DNA of 64,000 nucleotides from Minisyncoccota bacterium. GTDB lineage: Bacteria > Patescibacteriota > Minisyncoccia > Phycocordibacterales > CAJBRS01. A model generated the notes under the pieces. It ran no database searches and was not told the origin of the DNA. It saw only the letters and a program-made list of their open reading frames with translations. Positions 27,874 through 37,575 of this stretch are shown piece after piece (the first letter of the stretch is position 1; the number at the start of each line of letters is the position of its first letter). The position numbers were made by a program, and so were the translations under genes. Location of the stretch: assembly GCA_035652395.1 (NCBI GenBank), contig DASRDX010000009.1:62642-126641 (forward strand), in the 5' to 3' direction.

Positions 27874-28359
27874 ATGAGAAACACCACTAAAATTTTATTA
27901 ATCGGTTTTCTAATTTTAATTATTGTACTATGTCTTTTACATTTTTGGCCTAAAGGACAAGTACAGGCTCCTGCTATCAATGCTATAAAGGACACAAATA
28001 ATTACGCTACCACCAGTCTTTCTATAGGACAGGATCACATTACGGTAGAAATAGCCGACACTGAAGAGAAGCGAACCCTAGGTTTAGGTAATCGTTCGAG
28101 CCTTCCTCTAAACACTGGCATGCTTTTTATTTTTGATCACCCTGATCATTATGGTTTCTGGATGAAGGACACTAAAATTGCTCTTGATATGATTTGGATT
28201 AGTGAAGATAAAAAAATTGTTGACATTAAAAGTGACGTTTTGCCCGAAACTTATCCGATGGTTTTTCGTCCCCAATCGCTTGCTCTATATGTTCTCGAAT
28301 TACCGGCTGGTTACGCTAAAATCCATCAAATAAAAACAGGTGAGCAGGTAAATTTCTAA
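27874..28359 (+). CDS. DUF192 domain protein
   Basis: EIADTEEKRTLGLGNRSSLPLNTGMLFIFD...FWMKDTKIALDMIWI matches DUF192. Confidence 0.7.
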   Translation: MRNTTKILLIGFLILIIVLCLLHFWPKGQVQAPAINAIKDTNNYATTSLSIGQDHITVEIADTEEKRTLGLGNRSSLPLNTGMLFIFDHPDHYGFWMKDTKIALDMIWISEDKKIVDIKSDVLPETYPMVFRPQSLALYVLELPAGYAKIHQIKTGEQVNF

Positions 28360-28530
28360 AGAAAGCTCCTAAAAAAGTATATTTTCTGGTCTATTTTAGG
28401 GGGCGATTTTACATCTCTAGTTTTTTATTTTCATATGCAAGAATCCTTGCTCCAGAACTGGTCTTTCTCTCCATTTCCGAGTAAAATTAAGTGAAATATT
28501 TAGTAAAATAATTCTCAAAATATAAAGAAC

Positions 28531-31272
28531 ATGAGCCTTTCAATCACCAAGCATGACGGTAGCCGCGAACCTTTTAATGCCGATCAAATTAATCGATCCA
28601 TTGAAAGAGCTTGTCGCGGACTGATGGATCCGATTGCGATGGTTACTCAAATTGCTACTGAAACGCGACTGACTCTTTATGATGGAATCACTACCAAAGA
28701 ACTTGATCAGGCTACCATCAATGCTTCTCTTCAAAATGTTAAAGATGACCCTTCATACGACAAGGTAGCTACTCGTATTCTTCTGAAAACCATTTATCGT
28801 GAGGTTTTGGGAGATTACGATAAGGATAGTGAAGCGGAATTAATTAAAAAACATCGCGACGGTTTCATTAACTTCATTAAAAAGGGAGTGGAAGAGGGTA
28901 AGCTCGATTCACGAATGGAAGAAAAATTTAATCTGCGTGAACTTTCCAAAACTTTAGATATTGAACGAGATGAATTATTTCAGTACGCCGGTCTTTCCAC
29001 TTTTCTCAATCGTTATGCTCTGAAGAATTTAGATCAAAGTCCGCGCGAAACGCCGCAATATTTTTTCATGCGAGTGGCCATGGGACTTTCATTCAACGAA
29101 AACAAACCAACGGAGTGGGCCAAGAAGTTTTACAACAAGATGAGCAAATTTGAATACATTGGTGGCGGTTCCACCAATCTCGGCGCCGGAACAACTCACC
29201 CGGCACTTTCAAATTGTTTCCTGATGGAAGTGCAGGACGACATGGCGCACATTGCCAAGAGTGTGGCGGATGTGATGATGCTCTCTAAAGCTTCAGGCGG
29301 CCTGGGTGTTTCCGTTTCAAAATTACGAGCGGCCGGCTCACCTCTAAAATCAAACAATGGAGTTTCCACTGGTCCTACTCCTTTTGCCAAGATTATGGAC
29401 ACGGCCATTCGGGCTATTCAGCGAGGCGGCAAGAAAAAGGGGGCTCTCTGCTTCTATTTAGAGAATTGGCACATTGATTTTCCAGAATTTATTGACTGGA
29501 AGCACAACGCCGGCGATGACTACATGAGAATGAGAACCGCCAATACGGCCGCTTATCTTTCGGATGAATTCATGAAACGAGTCAGAAAAGCCGAGATGTG
29601 GTACATGTTTGATCCGGCTGAAACGGCTGACTTGGGAGAATTATACGGAGAAGCGTTCAGCAAGCGCTACAACAAGTACGTGGAGTTGGCTGATCAGGGT
29701 AAATTAAAGATGGCCAAGAAAATGCCAGCCGTAGAACTTTATCGTAAGATGCTCGTCTCTCTGCAGACCACCGGACACCCATGGCAGATTTTTAAAGACA
29801 CCATTAATCTGCGAGCTCTCAACAACAACACCGGCACCATTCACATGTCTAATCTCTGCACGGAAATCTGTTTACCACAGGATAAGGATAATATTGCTGT
29901 CTGTAATCTGGCTTCACTTAACTTAGCCGTGCATGTCATTAATAAGGAAGTTAACTGGGGCAAATTGGAAGAGTCAGTACGATTAGCCATTCGGCAGCTT
30001 GACAACCTTATTGACATTAACGTTCTGCCGGTAGCCGAGGCGGAGCGAGCGGATAAAGAGAATCGGGCCGTCGGACTCGGAGTAATGGGCTTTGCCGATG
30101 CTCTGGAGAAAATGGGCTTGGCATATGATAGTCAGCCGGCATACGATTTTGCCGATCGAATTTTTGAATTCATTAGTTATATGGCTATTGATGAGAGCGC
30201 CCGATTGGCCGATGAGCGCGGAGCGTACAAAAACTTCGCCGGCTCCGAATGGTCAAAAGGTCACGTGCCATTCGACACTATTTCTAAAATCGAAAAAGAG
30301 AGAGGTGTTCCGGTTTCCGTCACTCTTGAGAGCAAACACAAAGGTCTTAACTGGGATATCTTGCGGGAGAAAGTTAAGAAGGGAATTAGAAACGCCACTC
30401 TGATGGCTATTGCTCCGAACGCCAATATCGGCTTAATTGCCGCTACTACGCCGGGAGTAGACCCACGTTTTGCTCAAGTTTTTTCTCGCAACAAGATTTC
30501 CGGCAAATATCTCGATATCAACCATAATCTAGTGAAGGATTTGAAGAACCTTGGGGTTTGGGAAAAGGTAAAAGATTTAATCATTGAATATCAAGGTGAC
30601 ATTTCCAACATTGCCGAGATTCCCGAACACATCAAGGCAGTTTATAAGACTTCATTTACCACTTCACCCTATGGCTTTATTGAAGTAGTAGCTCGGGCCC
30701 AGAAATGGATGGATCAGGCTATTTCGCGCAACATGTATCTGCGCACCCGTGACATTGATGAGACGATGAAGATTTATATGAGCGCTTGGGAGAAAGGATT
30801 AAAGAGTACTTACTATCTACACATGGAACCAAGACACACAGCCGAGCAAAGTACCGTCTCCGTCAATAAGTCGCAGAAGATGGGCCGGGTGGGCTTCGGC
30901 GGTCTTCGAAAGAGTACCGTAGCGGCTGCGGTGGTAGAGGAAAAGACCACCGATGAATCGGAACTTCTGGCAGACAGTGCTCCCGCTACCATGATTGTGG
31001 AACCGGTGGTTAGTCCGATTAAAGAAGAAGACATGGTTGAGCCGGTAATGGTAGCGAAGATAGAGAAAAACATCGTCGAGACTGACAAAGCCGTGAGAAC
31101 TGTTGAGAGTGTCTCGAAAACTCCTAAAGTAGAAACTTCTGACGTTGCTCCAGCCGCCGTTACTCCCGCTGATCCAATTGCTCAATCTAAAAAGCCGAAC
31201 GTTCGTTTTATCGGCGCCAAGACTTGCCCAACGGATCCGGCTGAATTAAATCAGTGCGATAGTTGTCAATAA
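28531..31272 (+). CDS. nrdA: Ribonucleotide reductase class I alpha subunit with N-terminal ATP-cone and a C-terminal low-complexity extension
   Basis: ATP-cone ITKHDGSREPFNADQINRSIERAC. NxCxE region NLCTEICL. C-terminal Cys pair CPTDPAELNQCDSCQ. About 913 aa. Confidence 0.95.
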   Translation: MSLSITKHDGSREPFNADQINRSIERACRGLMDPIAMVTQIATETRLTLYDGITTKELDQATINASLQNVKDDPSYDKVATRILLKTIYREVLGDYDKDSEAELIKKHRDGFINFIKKGVEEGKLDSRMEEKFNLRELSKTLDIERDELFQYAGLSTFLNRYALKNLDQSPRETPQYFFMRVAMGLSFNENKPTEWAKKFYNKMSKFEYIGGGSTNLGAGTTHPALSNCFLMEVQDDMAHIAKSVADVMMLSKASGGLGVSVSKLRAAGSPLKSNNGVSTGPTPFAKIMDTAIRAIQRGGKKKGALCFYLENWHIDFPEFIDWKHNAGDDYMRMRTANTAAYLSDEFMKRVRKAEMWYMFDPAETADLGELYGEAFSKRYNKYVELADQGKLKMAKKMPAVELYRKMLVSLQTTGHPWQIFKDTINLRALNNNTGTIHMSNLCTEICLPQDKDNIAVCNLASLNLAVHVINKEVNWGKLEESVRLAIRQLDNLIDINVLPVAEAERADKENRAVGLGVMGFADALEKMGLAYDSQPAYDFADRIFEFISYMAIDESARLADERGAYKNFAGSEWSKGHVPFDTISKIEKERGVPVSVTLESKHKGLNWDILREKVKKGIRNATLMAIAPNANIGLIAATTPGVDPRFAQVFSRNKISGKYLDINHNLVKDLKNLGVWEKVKDLIIEYQGDISNIAEIPEHIKAVYKTSFTTSPYGFIEVVARAQKWMDQAISRNMYLRTRDIDETMKIYMSAWEKGLKSTYYLHMEPRHTAEQSTVSVNKSQKMGRVGFGGLRKSTVAAAVVEEKTTDESELLADSAPATMIVEPVVSPIKEEDMVEPVMVAKIEKNIVETDKAVRTVESVSKTPKVETSDVAPAAVTPADPIAQSKKPNVRFIGAKTCPTDPAELNQCDSCQ

Positions 31273-31375
31273 AAGGACGCTCCACAAAATCTTATTTTAA
31301 AGGTCCTCGGATCTCCGGCTTTGTCTAATTAAGGTCGGCCAGACCATTTAAAATAAGATTTTGCTTCGCTTAAGA
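31273..31375. repeat. Conserved structured intergenic element, copy B (stem 31285-31305/31342-31363)
   Basis: Same architecture and core as 682-790. Stem arms are changed in a compensatory way (GGTC/GACC versus AGTC/GACT). Confidence 0.55.
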
Positions 31376-31385
31376 GTTCTAATAA

Positions 31386-31414
31386 TTAGAGCGCCGGCGA
31401 AGCCGGCGCTCTAC
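31386..31414 (+). terminator. Hairpin between nrdA and nrdB
   Basis: AGAGCGCCGGCGAAGCCGGCGCTCT. Confidence 0.5.
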
Positions 31415-31496
31415 ATATCCATTTGCGTCATATTTACTTTCCATTACAATAGTAATCACTTACTTTAAAAACCTTATAAACTTTAAGAACCAACCC

Positions 31497-32504
31497 ATGC
31501 CCCTCATCGGAAAAGCCTCACCGGAAGATATGAATCTACACCCACTGCGATATCAGTGGGCTTATGATCTCTACAATCAGGCCGTGCGCAATACTTGGTT
31601 TCCGCACGAAATTGCCCTGAAAGAAGACCTGGATGACTGGGAGAAAATGACGGAGGACGAGAGACACGCGGTAAAATTCTTAATGGCTTTCTTCAATCCG
31701 GCCGAACTGATTGTCAATCGCTCCATTGCTCTCGGTATTTATCCATATCTGAAGGCGCCGGAAGCTCACCTCTATCTCGCCAAGGTGATGTGGGAGGAAG
31801 CTAATCATTGCGTTTCTTTTGAATACGTACTTGAAACCTTCCCCCTTGATCGAGAAAAGATTTTTGGTATCCATCTTCAGACTCCTTCGATGATAGCCAA
31901 GGAAGAATTTATTTTTCGGTATTTAAGGAGAATGACGGAAGAGACTCTGGATATTGAATCGCCGGAAGGGAAGAAGGATTTCATCCGCAACCTTGTGGCC
32001 ACCAATATTGTAATGGAGGGTACTTGGTTTTATTCAGGTTTCATGGTGGCTCTGTCTTTTCGACAGCGAAATCAGTTGCGCAATTTCGGCTCAATGATTA
32101 ATTGGGTCTTGCGGGATGAATCGCTTCACTTGAAATTCGGCATCAATCTAGTCCACACCATTCTTGAGGAGAATTCCGAACTTGTAACCGAAGAATTTGC
32201 TAATGAAATCCGCAACATCGTCATTGAAGGGGTGGATAAGGAGGTAGCCTACAACAAAGATCTCTTTCCAAACGGCATTCTTGGTTTGAACGCTGATTAT
32301 GTCAATCAATATGTGCAGTATGTGGCGGATAGACGTTTGGAAGAATTGGGTCTGGAGAAACACTATAATGCCACCAATCCGGCCAAATGGATGAGCACTG
32401 CCACTGACGTTTTTGAGCTGGTGAATTTCTTTGAAGCTCAAAATACTAGCTACGAAGTGGATGTGCAGGCGCATTCATCGGAGAAGAAGGAACCGACGAA
32501 ATAA
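31497..32504 (+). CDS. nrdB: Ribonucleotide reductase class I beta subunit
   Basis: Di-iron ligand pattern EEANHCVSFEY...ESLH, ferritin-like R2. Confidence 0.9.
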   Translation: MPLIGKASPEDMNLHPLRYQWAYDLYNQAVRNTWFPHEIALKEDLDDWEKMTEDERHAVKFLMAFFNPAELIVNRSIALGIYPYLKAPEAHLYLAKVMWEEANHCVSFEYVLETFPLDREKIFGIHLQTPSMIAKEEFIFRYLRRMTEETLDIESPEGKKDFIRNLVATNIVMEGTWFYSGFMVALSFRQRNQLRNFGSMINWVLRDESLHLKFGINLVHTILEENSELVTEEFANEIRNIVIEGVDKEVAYNKDLFPNGILGLNADYVNQYVQYVADRRLEELGLEKHYNATNPAKWMSTATDVFELVNFFEAQNTSYEVDVQAHSSEKKEPTK

Positions 32505-32511
32505 TTTATGT

Positions 32512-32546
32512 TTGCAGCAAAAAGGCGGCCGTGAGGCCGCCTTTTT
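32512..32546. terminator. Bidirectional terminator shared by nrdB (+) and RNase P RNA (-)
   Basis: AAAAAGGCGGCCGTGAGGCCGCCTTTTTGA, a hairpin with A/T runs on both sides. Confidence 0.75.
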
Positions 32547-32552
32547 GATTTG

Positions 32553-32962
32553 TTTCTCTTTGGATCTGTAAGCCGAATTCTGTGCGAGATAGGCGAAGTC
32601 GCTTTTCTCGTGACAATTATTTATCTGGGCCAGCTGTTACCAGCCGGCTCTAGCGGCACCCCCAGCCGTAGTTTTGAGATTTTAAAACAAAACTACGGTT
32701 GGGTACGGCCTTGCACAGGGGTAAGGATTTTGCCGTTTCACTCCCGAAATTACTTTCGGGCTTCGCCCTACAGACCATTCGCCTGTAGAGCGGCGGTTTT
32801 CTTTCGAAAACCGCCGTTTCTGTTCGCACCTCTTGGATTGCTCCAGACGGGCGTTACCCGCCACCTTTTCAAATTAATGAACTGTGTTCGGACTTTCCTC
32901 CCAATCATTTCTGACCGAGCAATTGTCCAATTCAAAGAGGCTAGAAGTATAATATAGGCCGT
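32553..32962 (-). ncRNA. rnpB: RNase P RNA, bacterial type A
   Basis: The minus strand carries GGGAGGAAAGUCCG (P4 5' strand, rc of 32889-32902), GGUAACGCC, GUGCGAACAGAAACGGCGG, and a 3' region CUGGCCCAGAUAAAUAAUUGUCACGA...CACAGAAUUCGGCUUACAG matching E. coli M1 RNA CUGGCCUAGAUGAAUGACUGUCCACGACAGAACCCGGCUUA. The region contains many nested hairpins. Exact ends are uncertain. Confidence 0.8.
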
Positions 32963-33022
32963 TTGCGAAGGCAAGGGGATCAAGTTATAATGAGGGAATA
33001 TTATTTATAGTTCATTATTCGC

Positions 33023-33421
33023 ATGGAAAAAATCAGCATTAATGTTCAGAAGGAAAGAAGCAGCAACCTTCTAGAAAAAATTGTTTATATTTTACTGGTT
33101 GGTCTAATTTTTCTTTTACCCTTATTTTTCATTCCCTCCGCGGTAATTTCCTTTGCCTACAGCAAGGTTATTCTCCTTTTTTTAATCACTCTGCTTTCTC
33201 TATTTATCTGGGCAATTGCCTCCTTTAAAAGCGGAGAGTTAGTTCTTCCATATAACTGGCTCTCGCTCGCCGCCATCGCTATTCCGGTGGTCTTTCTATT
33301 ATCTTCACTTTTTTCTCCGACCAAAAATCTTTCTTTAATCGGTGGTGGTTTTGAACTGGGGACCTTCAGTACCATATTTCTTTTAACTGTCTTGATGTTT
33401 CTGGTTTCTATTTTTGTCTGA
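33023..33421 (+). CDS. N-terminal fragment (4 TM helices) of a large membrane/TPR protein; ends at an in-frame TGA
   Basis: Same frame as 33461-35428. Hydrophobic helices run continuously into the next ORF. Confidence 0.5.
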   Translation: MEKISINVQKERSSNLLEKIVYILLVGLIFLLPLFFIPSAVISFAYSKVILLFLITLLSLFIWAIASFKSGELVLPYNWLSLAAIAIPVVFLLSSLFSPTKNLSLIGGGFELGTFSTIFLLTVLMFLVSIFV

Positions 33422-33460
33422 AGCAAGGAAAAAATCTTTTATTGCTATCTTTCATTTGGA

Positions 33461-35428
33461 GTGGCTTTTTTAGTCCTGGCTCTCTACCAAATTCTTCATT
33501 TAATTGCCGGGCCAAGCAGCTTCCTTTCTTTTAAATATTTTCTGGATGTGACAGCAAATCCCATCGGCAAGTGGAACGACTTGGGAGTCTTTTCCGGCGT
33601 AGCCGTTCTGCTTTCCCTAATTAGTCTGGAACTTCTGGCTCTTAGTCGCGGATTTAAAATTCTCTCCTACATTGTTTTGGTGGTCGGTCTGTTTTTGCTG
33701 GCCCTCACCAACTTTACTGTTATCTGGAATACTCCGATCACCATCGTTACCATTATCGGTTTCTTTGCTCTTGTATTTTTTGTTTACTTTATCTCTTCCA
33801 ACAATGCAGAGATTCAGACCGCTGAAGGAACAACTCTCGCCAGGAGCCGCAAGCTGCCACTCCCTTCGTTAATTGTTCTGGTCTTTGCCGTTATCTTTAC
33901 TTTGGCCGTAACTCCTTTATCTAATTTTTTCAATAATTACTTTCACATCAACGTTACGGACGTCGAACCAACTTGGCAATCCACTCTAGTTGTATCTAAA
34001 GGAGCCCTTTCTCACAACGCTCTCTTGGGTGTCGGACCAAATCGTTTTGACAGCCAATGGTTTCTGTCAAAGCCTGACGGTGTCAATCAAACGGATTTTT
34101 GGGATACGGCATTTAACTATGGCGTTGGTCTCATTCCAACTTTTCTCGTCACCACCGGTATTCTGGGAATTCTCGCCTGGCTGGCTTTCTTAGGCTTATT
34201 TGTCTATCTTGGTATTCGAGCCCTGTTCTCACGGGTTAAAGACCGATTTTCGCTTTATTTAATGGTTTCTTCCTTCTTTATCGCTCTTTATCTCTGGATT
34301 ATTCACATTCTATATGTTCCGAGTCTCGTTACCTTATCAATGGCTTTCATCTTCACCGGACTTTTTCTAGCCTCTCTATTTCGGGAAGGAATTCTCGGCG
34401 AAAAACGCATTCATTATGTTCAGGACTCGCGTAAAGGATTTGCCGTCATTCTACTGCTCGTCCTTGTCATTATTGGCATTCTGACTTGGGGTTACTTTAT
34501 TTCCAACAAAATAATGGCTTCCGTCTATGCCAATAAAGGAGTGATTGCCGTAAACAACAATAATATTACTGCCGCTGAAACCGACATGCTCCGAGCAGGC
34601 TCCCTCGATCGAAATCCGATTTATTATCGTCTGCTGGCGCAAGTGGAACTGACTCGCCTGAATGATTTGCTCTCGCAAAATAATCTGACCGCCAATTTAA
34701 TCCAGACTCAATTTCAATCAATTCTAAGTAATGCCGTCTCGGCTGCCACTGTTTCCACCCAGCTTGATCCAACCGATTATCGCAACTGGATGGCTCTGGG
34801 ATCGGTTTACCAGAGCGTGGTGCCTCTTGGGGTGAAGGATGCCGATACTAGCGCTGAAAGCGCCTATCAAGAAGCTCTGAAGCGCGATCCGCGAGATCCG
34901 GACATTTATCTTGCCCTGGCCCAATTAGAAGTAGCCCGCCGAAATGCCGATAAAGCAAAAGAAAATATTGTCAGTGCCTTGAAATTAAAAAATAATGATC
35001 TTCAGGCAATTTATCTCTTAGCTCAGATTCAGTTAGCTCAAAATGATTCGAATGGAGCAGTTCAGACAATGCTTGCCGCCACCACCGTTGCTCCGAACAA
35101 TGCCAGTGTCTATTATCAGTTGGGTCTTTTGGAATATGGTTTGGGAAATTATGCTGATGCCGTGACCGTCTTTAATCAAGCGGTGGCTCTTATTCCAAAT
35201 TATGCTGATGCCCGATATTATCTTGGCCTAAGCTTTTACAAGACTGGTCAAACCGCCGACGCCATTAACCAATTTCAGTACCTAGCTGACAATAATCCTG
35301 ATAATTCGGTAGTTACTGCCATTCTCGCCAATCTGAAAGCCGGCCGCGACCCATTTAGTGGCTTAAATACTTCAAACGCTAATCAACCCTCTCAAAGCGC
35401 CAGTTCTACCAAAAAAACGGCTCAATAA
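33461..35428 (+). CDS. Polytopic membrane protein with C-terminal TPR repeats (O-antigen-ligase/Wzy_C-like architecture)
   Basis: More than 8 TM helices, then TPR-like repeats (AYQEALKRDPRDPDIYLALAQLE..., YYQLGLLEYGLGNYADAVTVFNQAVALIPNYADARYYLGLSFYKTGQ). Confidence 0.6.
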   Translation: MAFLVLALYQILHLIAGPSSFLSFKYFLDVTANPIGKWNDLGVFSGVAVLLSLISLELLALSRGFKILSYIVLVVGLFLLALTNFTVIWNTPITIVTIIGFFALVFFVYFISSNNAEIQTAEGTTLARSRKLPLPSLIVLVFAVIFTLAVTPLSNFFNNYFHINVTDVEPTWQSTLVVSKGALSHNALLGVGPNRFDSQWFLSKPDGVNQTDFWDTAFNYGVGLIPTFLVTTGILGILAWLAFLGLFVYLGIRALFSRVKDRFSLYLMVSSFFIALYLWIIHILYVPSLVTLSMAFIFTGLFLASLFREGILGEKRIHYVQDSRKGFAVILLLVLVIIGILTWGYFISNKIMASVYANKGVIAVNNNNITAAETDMLRAGSLDRNPIYYRLLAQVELTRLNDLLSQNNLTANLIQTQFQSILSNAVSAATVSTQLDPTDYRNWMALGSVYQSVVPLGVKDADTSAESAYQEALKRDPRDPDIYLALAQLEVARRNADKAKENIVSALKLKNNDLQAIYLLAQIQLAQNDSNGAVQTMLAATTVAPNNASVYYQLGLLEYGLGNYADAVTVFNQAVALIPNYADARYYLGLSFYKTGQTADAINQFQYLADNNPDNSVVTAILANLKAGRDPFSGLNTSNANQPSQSASSTKKTAQ

Positions 35429-35443
35429 GGCCGTTTAGCCCTG

Positions 35444-37132
35444 ATGGTTCGCAAGTTTCTGAATATCTTTAATAAGGAGATAGGCGGCGTTCATGAGGCC
35501 GCCTATCTCCTCGGTTTTTTCGCCATTCTTTCCCAGCTTCTGGCCCTGATTCGTGATCGCTTGTTGGCCTACTATTTCGGGGCTGGTCAGACTCTCGATG
35601 TTTATTATGCCGCTTTTAGAATTCCGGATTTTATTTTTGCTTCCATTGCCTCACTCGTTTCCATTTCCGTGCTGATTCCATTTTTAGTGGAGCGGCTTGA
35701 TCGAGACAAGGAAGAATCAAAAATTTTTCTCAATACCATTTTCACCGCCTTCTCGTTAGTAATGATTGTGGTATGTGTGGCGGCTTTCTTCTTAATTCCT
35801 TATCTTCTGAAAATTATTCTGCCGGCCCTGGCTAATGGCCCTCAACGCGACGAACTGATTACTTTATCAAGATTACTGCTTCTCTCGCCAATCTTTTTAG
35901 GCATTTCCAACTTTCTTGGTTCCATTACACAGACTTTTCGCCGATTCTTTCTTTACGCTACCAGTCCGATTATTTATAACGCCGCTATCATTTTCGGCAT
36001 CATTTTTCTGCGGCCGCATTTTGGTTTGCGCGGCATTGTCTTCGGAGTAATTATCGGAGCATTTCTCCATTTCTTTATTCAGATTCCGTTTGTTAGAGGA
36101 CAGGGGATGCTGCCTCACTTTATCGGTCGGCTGGACTGGAAAAAGGTGAAGCAAGTTATTTTTCTGTCACTGCCGCGTACCATCGCCTTATCGGCGGACA
36201 GCTTTTCTTTGCTCTGTGTCACCGCTTTTGCCGGACTAATGTTAAGCGGCTCGATCGCTATTTTTAATTTCGCTCTGAATCTTCAGTCGGTGCCACTGGC
36301 CATCATTGGAACGAGTTACACTTTGGCCGCTTTTCCAACCTTGGCCAAGCTTTATTCGCGCGGCGAAAAGAGTCAGTTTGTGGAACAGGTAGTAACGGCC
36401 GCTCGTCACATTATTTTTCTCTCTATTCCGATCACCGCTCTCTTCATTGTCTTACGGGCCCAGATTGTCCGATCTATTTTGGGGGCAGGGCATTTCAGCT
36501 GGGATGACACTCGCTTGGTGGCGGCGGCCCTTTCAATGTTCACTATCTCCCTTTTTGCCCAAGGGCTCACTCTACTTTTTGTCCGCGGCTATTACGCCGC
36601 CGGTAATACCAAAAAACCCTTAATTATCAACCTTTTAACCACTTTGGGGGACATTTTCTTTCCGTTTCTTCTCTGGCAGGCTTTTGTCCATTTTCCAATG
36701 TTTCAGTATTTTATTGAAAGCTTATTTAAGGTAAGTGATGTGGCGGGAACGGAAGTGTTGATGCTGCCGCTCGGCTATTCGATCGGCGTTCTGCTCAATG
36801 TTCTGATCTTCTTTATTGCCTTTGAGCGGGATTTCAAAAATGTGGCTGCTCACCTCTGGCGCACTTTTCGCCAGAGTTTCTCGGCAGCCATCCTGATGGG
36901 TTTTGTCGCTTACATTTCCTTAAATGTTTTTGACAAGGTTTTTGATCTCTCCACCACTATCGGCATCTTCCTCCAAGGATTGTGTTCCGGAGTGATTGGT
37001 ATTTTGTTCGGTCTTCTCATTTTGAAATTAATCAACAATCAAGAAATCGGGGAAATTTGGCAAACGCTGCACCGCCGCATCTTCCGAACCAAGGAAGTGG
37101 TGGTGGCCGAGCAGACGAAGATTGAAGTGTAA
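35444..37132 (+). CDS. murJ: Lipid II flippase MurJ (MviN family)
   Basis: AILSQLLALIRDRLLAYYFGAGQTLDVYYAAFRIPDFIFASIA matches the MurJ N-terminal signature. About 14 TM helices. Confidence 0.8.
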   Translation: MVRKFLNIFNKEIGGVHEAAYLLGFFAILSQLLALIRDRLLAYYFGAGQTLDVYYAAFRIPDFIFASIASLVSISVLIPFLVERLDRDKEESKIFLNTIFTAFSLVMIVVCVAAFFLIPYLLKIILPALANGPQRDELITLSRLLLLSPIFLGISNFLGSITQTFRRFFLYATSPIIYNAAIIFGIIFLRPHFGLRGIVFGVIIGAFLHFFIQIPFVRGQGMLPHFIGRLDWKKVKQVIFLSLPRTIALSADSFSLLCVTAFAGLMLSGSIAIFNFALNLQSVPLAIIGTSYTLAAFPTLAKLYSRGEKSQFVEQVVTAARHIIFLSIPITALFIVLRAQIVRSILGAGHFSWDDTRLVAAALSMFTISLFAQGLTLLFVRGYYAAGNTKKPLIINLLTTLGDIFFPFLLWQAFVHFPMFQYFIESLFKVSDVAGTEVLMLPLGYSIGVLLNVLIFFIAFERDFKNVAAHLWRTFRQSFSAAILMGFVAYISLNVFDKVFDLSTTIGIFLQGLCSGVIGILFGLLILKLINNQEIGEIWQTLHRRIFRTKEVVVAEQTKIEV

Positions 37133-37134
37133 TA

Positions 37135-37500
37135 TTGTTTTTTTTCTTGTCTTTTGGTAATCTCTCAAGAGATATGAATACAATCATTCCTTTAATCAAG
37201 GTCTTTGTCTGTTTCCTTTTTCTGGGTTTTTTAGGTCTTTGGGTCTACCTCACTGTCATCGAAAGGAATATCGTACGCCGTAATTTTGCTAGGATTGAAG
37301 TCAGGACAAAAAACCTGATTATCCAGATGGGGTCTTACTGTATCCTTTATTCAGTAATCTTTGTCTTTTGGCAATGGAGCTTGCCTCAACCATGGGGAAT
37401 TCTCGCAACCATACTTGGCACTTCAATTGGTGTACGGCTTGGCTATAAAATTTTCAAATTGCGAATTCACTCAATGCGCCGGCGGCTATTTCTCGAATAG
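37135..37500 (+). CDS. Hypothetical small membrane protein
   Basis: 121 aa with three hydrophobic helices. Confidence 0.4.
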   Translation: MFFFLSFGNLSRDMNTIIPLIKVFVCFLFLGFLGLWVYLTVIERNIVRRNFARIEVRTKNLIIQMGSYCILYSVIFVFWQWSLPQPWGILATILGTSIGVRLGYKIFKLRIHSMRRRLFLE

Positions 37501-37575
37501 ATACCGAGTTGCTTTTAAGCAACTCTTTTAATTTAAGCTGAAATATTGAATACTTTCTGTTACTATTGAGACTCA

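Noticed and set aside
32550-32983. Three overlapping six-frame ORFs (135, 60 and 71 aa) in the nrdB-downstream gap
   Set aside because: The region encodes RNase P RNA on the minus strand. The ORF products are low-complexity (RRFSKENRRSTGEW...) and overlap each other.
33419-33421. Alternative genetic code (UGA as Gly, as in Gracilibacteria/SR1, code 25) as the explanation for the in-frame TGA
   Set aside because: Clear housekeeping genes here terminate with TGA (htpX-like 11164-11166; ORF ending 15918-15920) and would otherwise read through, so the standard code is in use.
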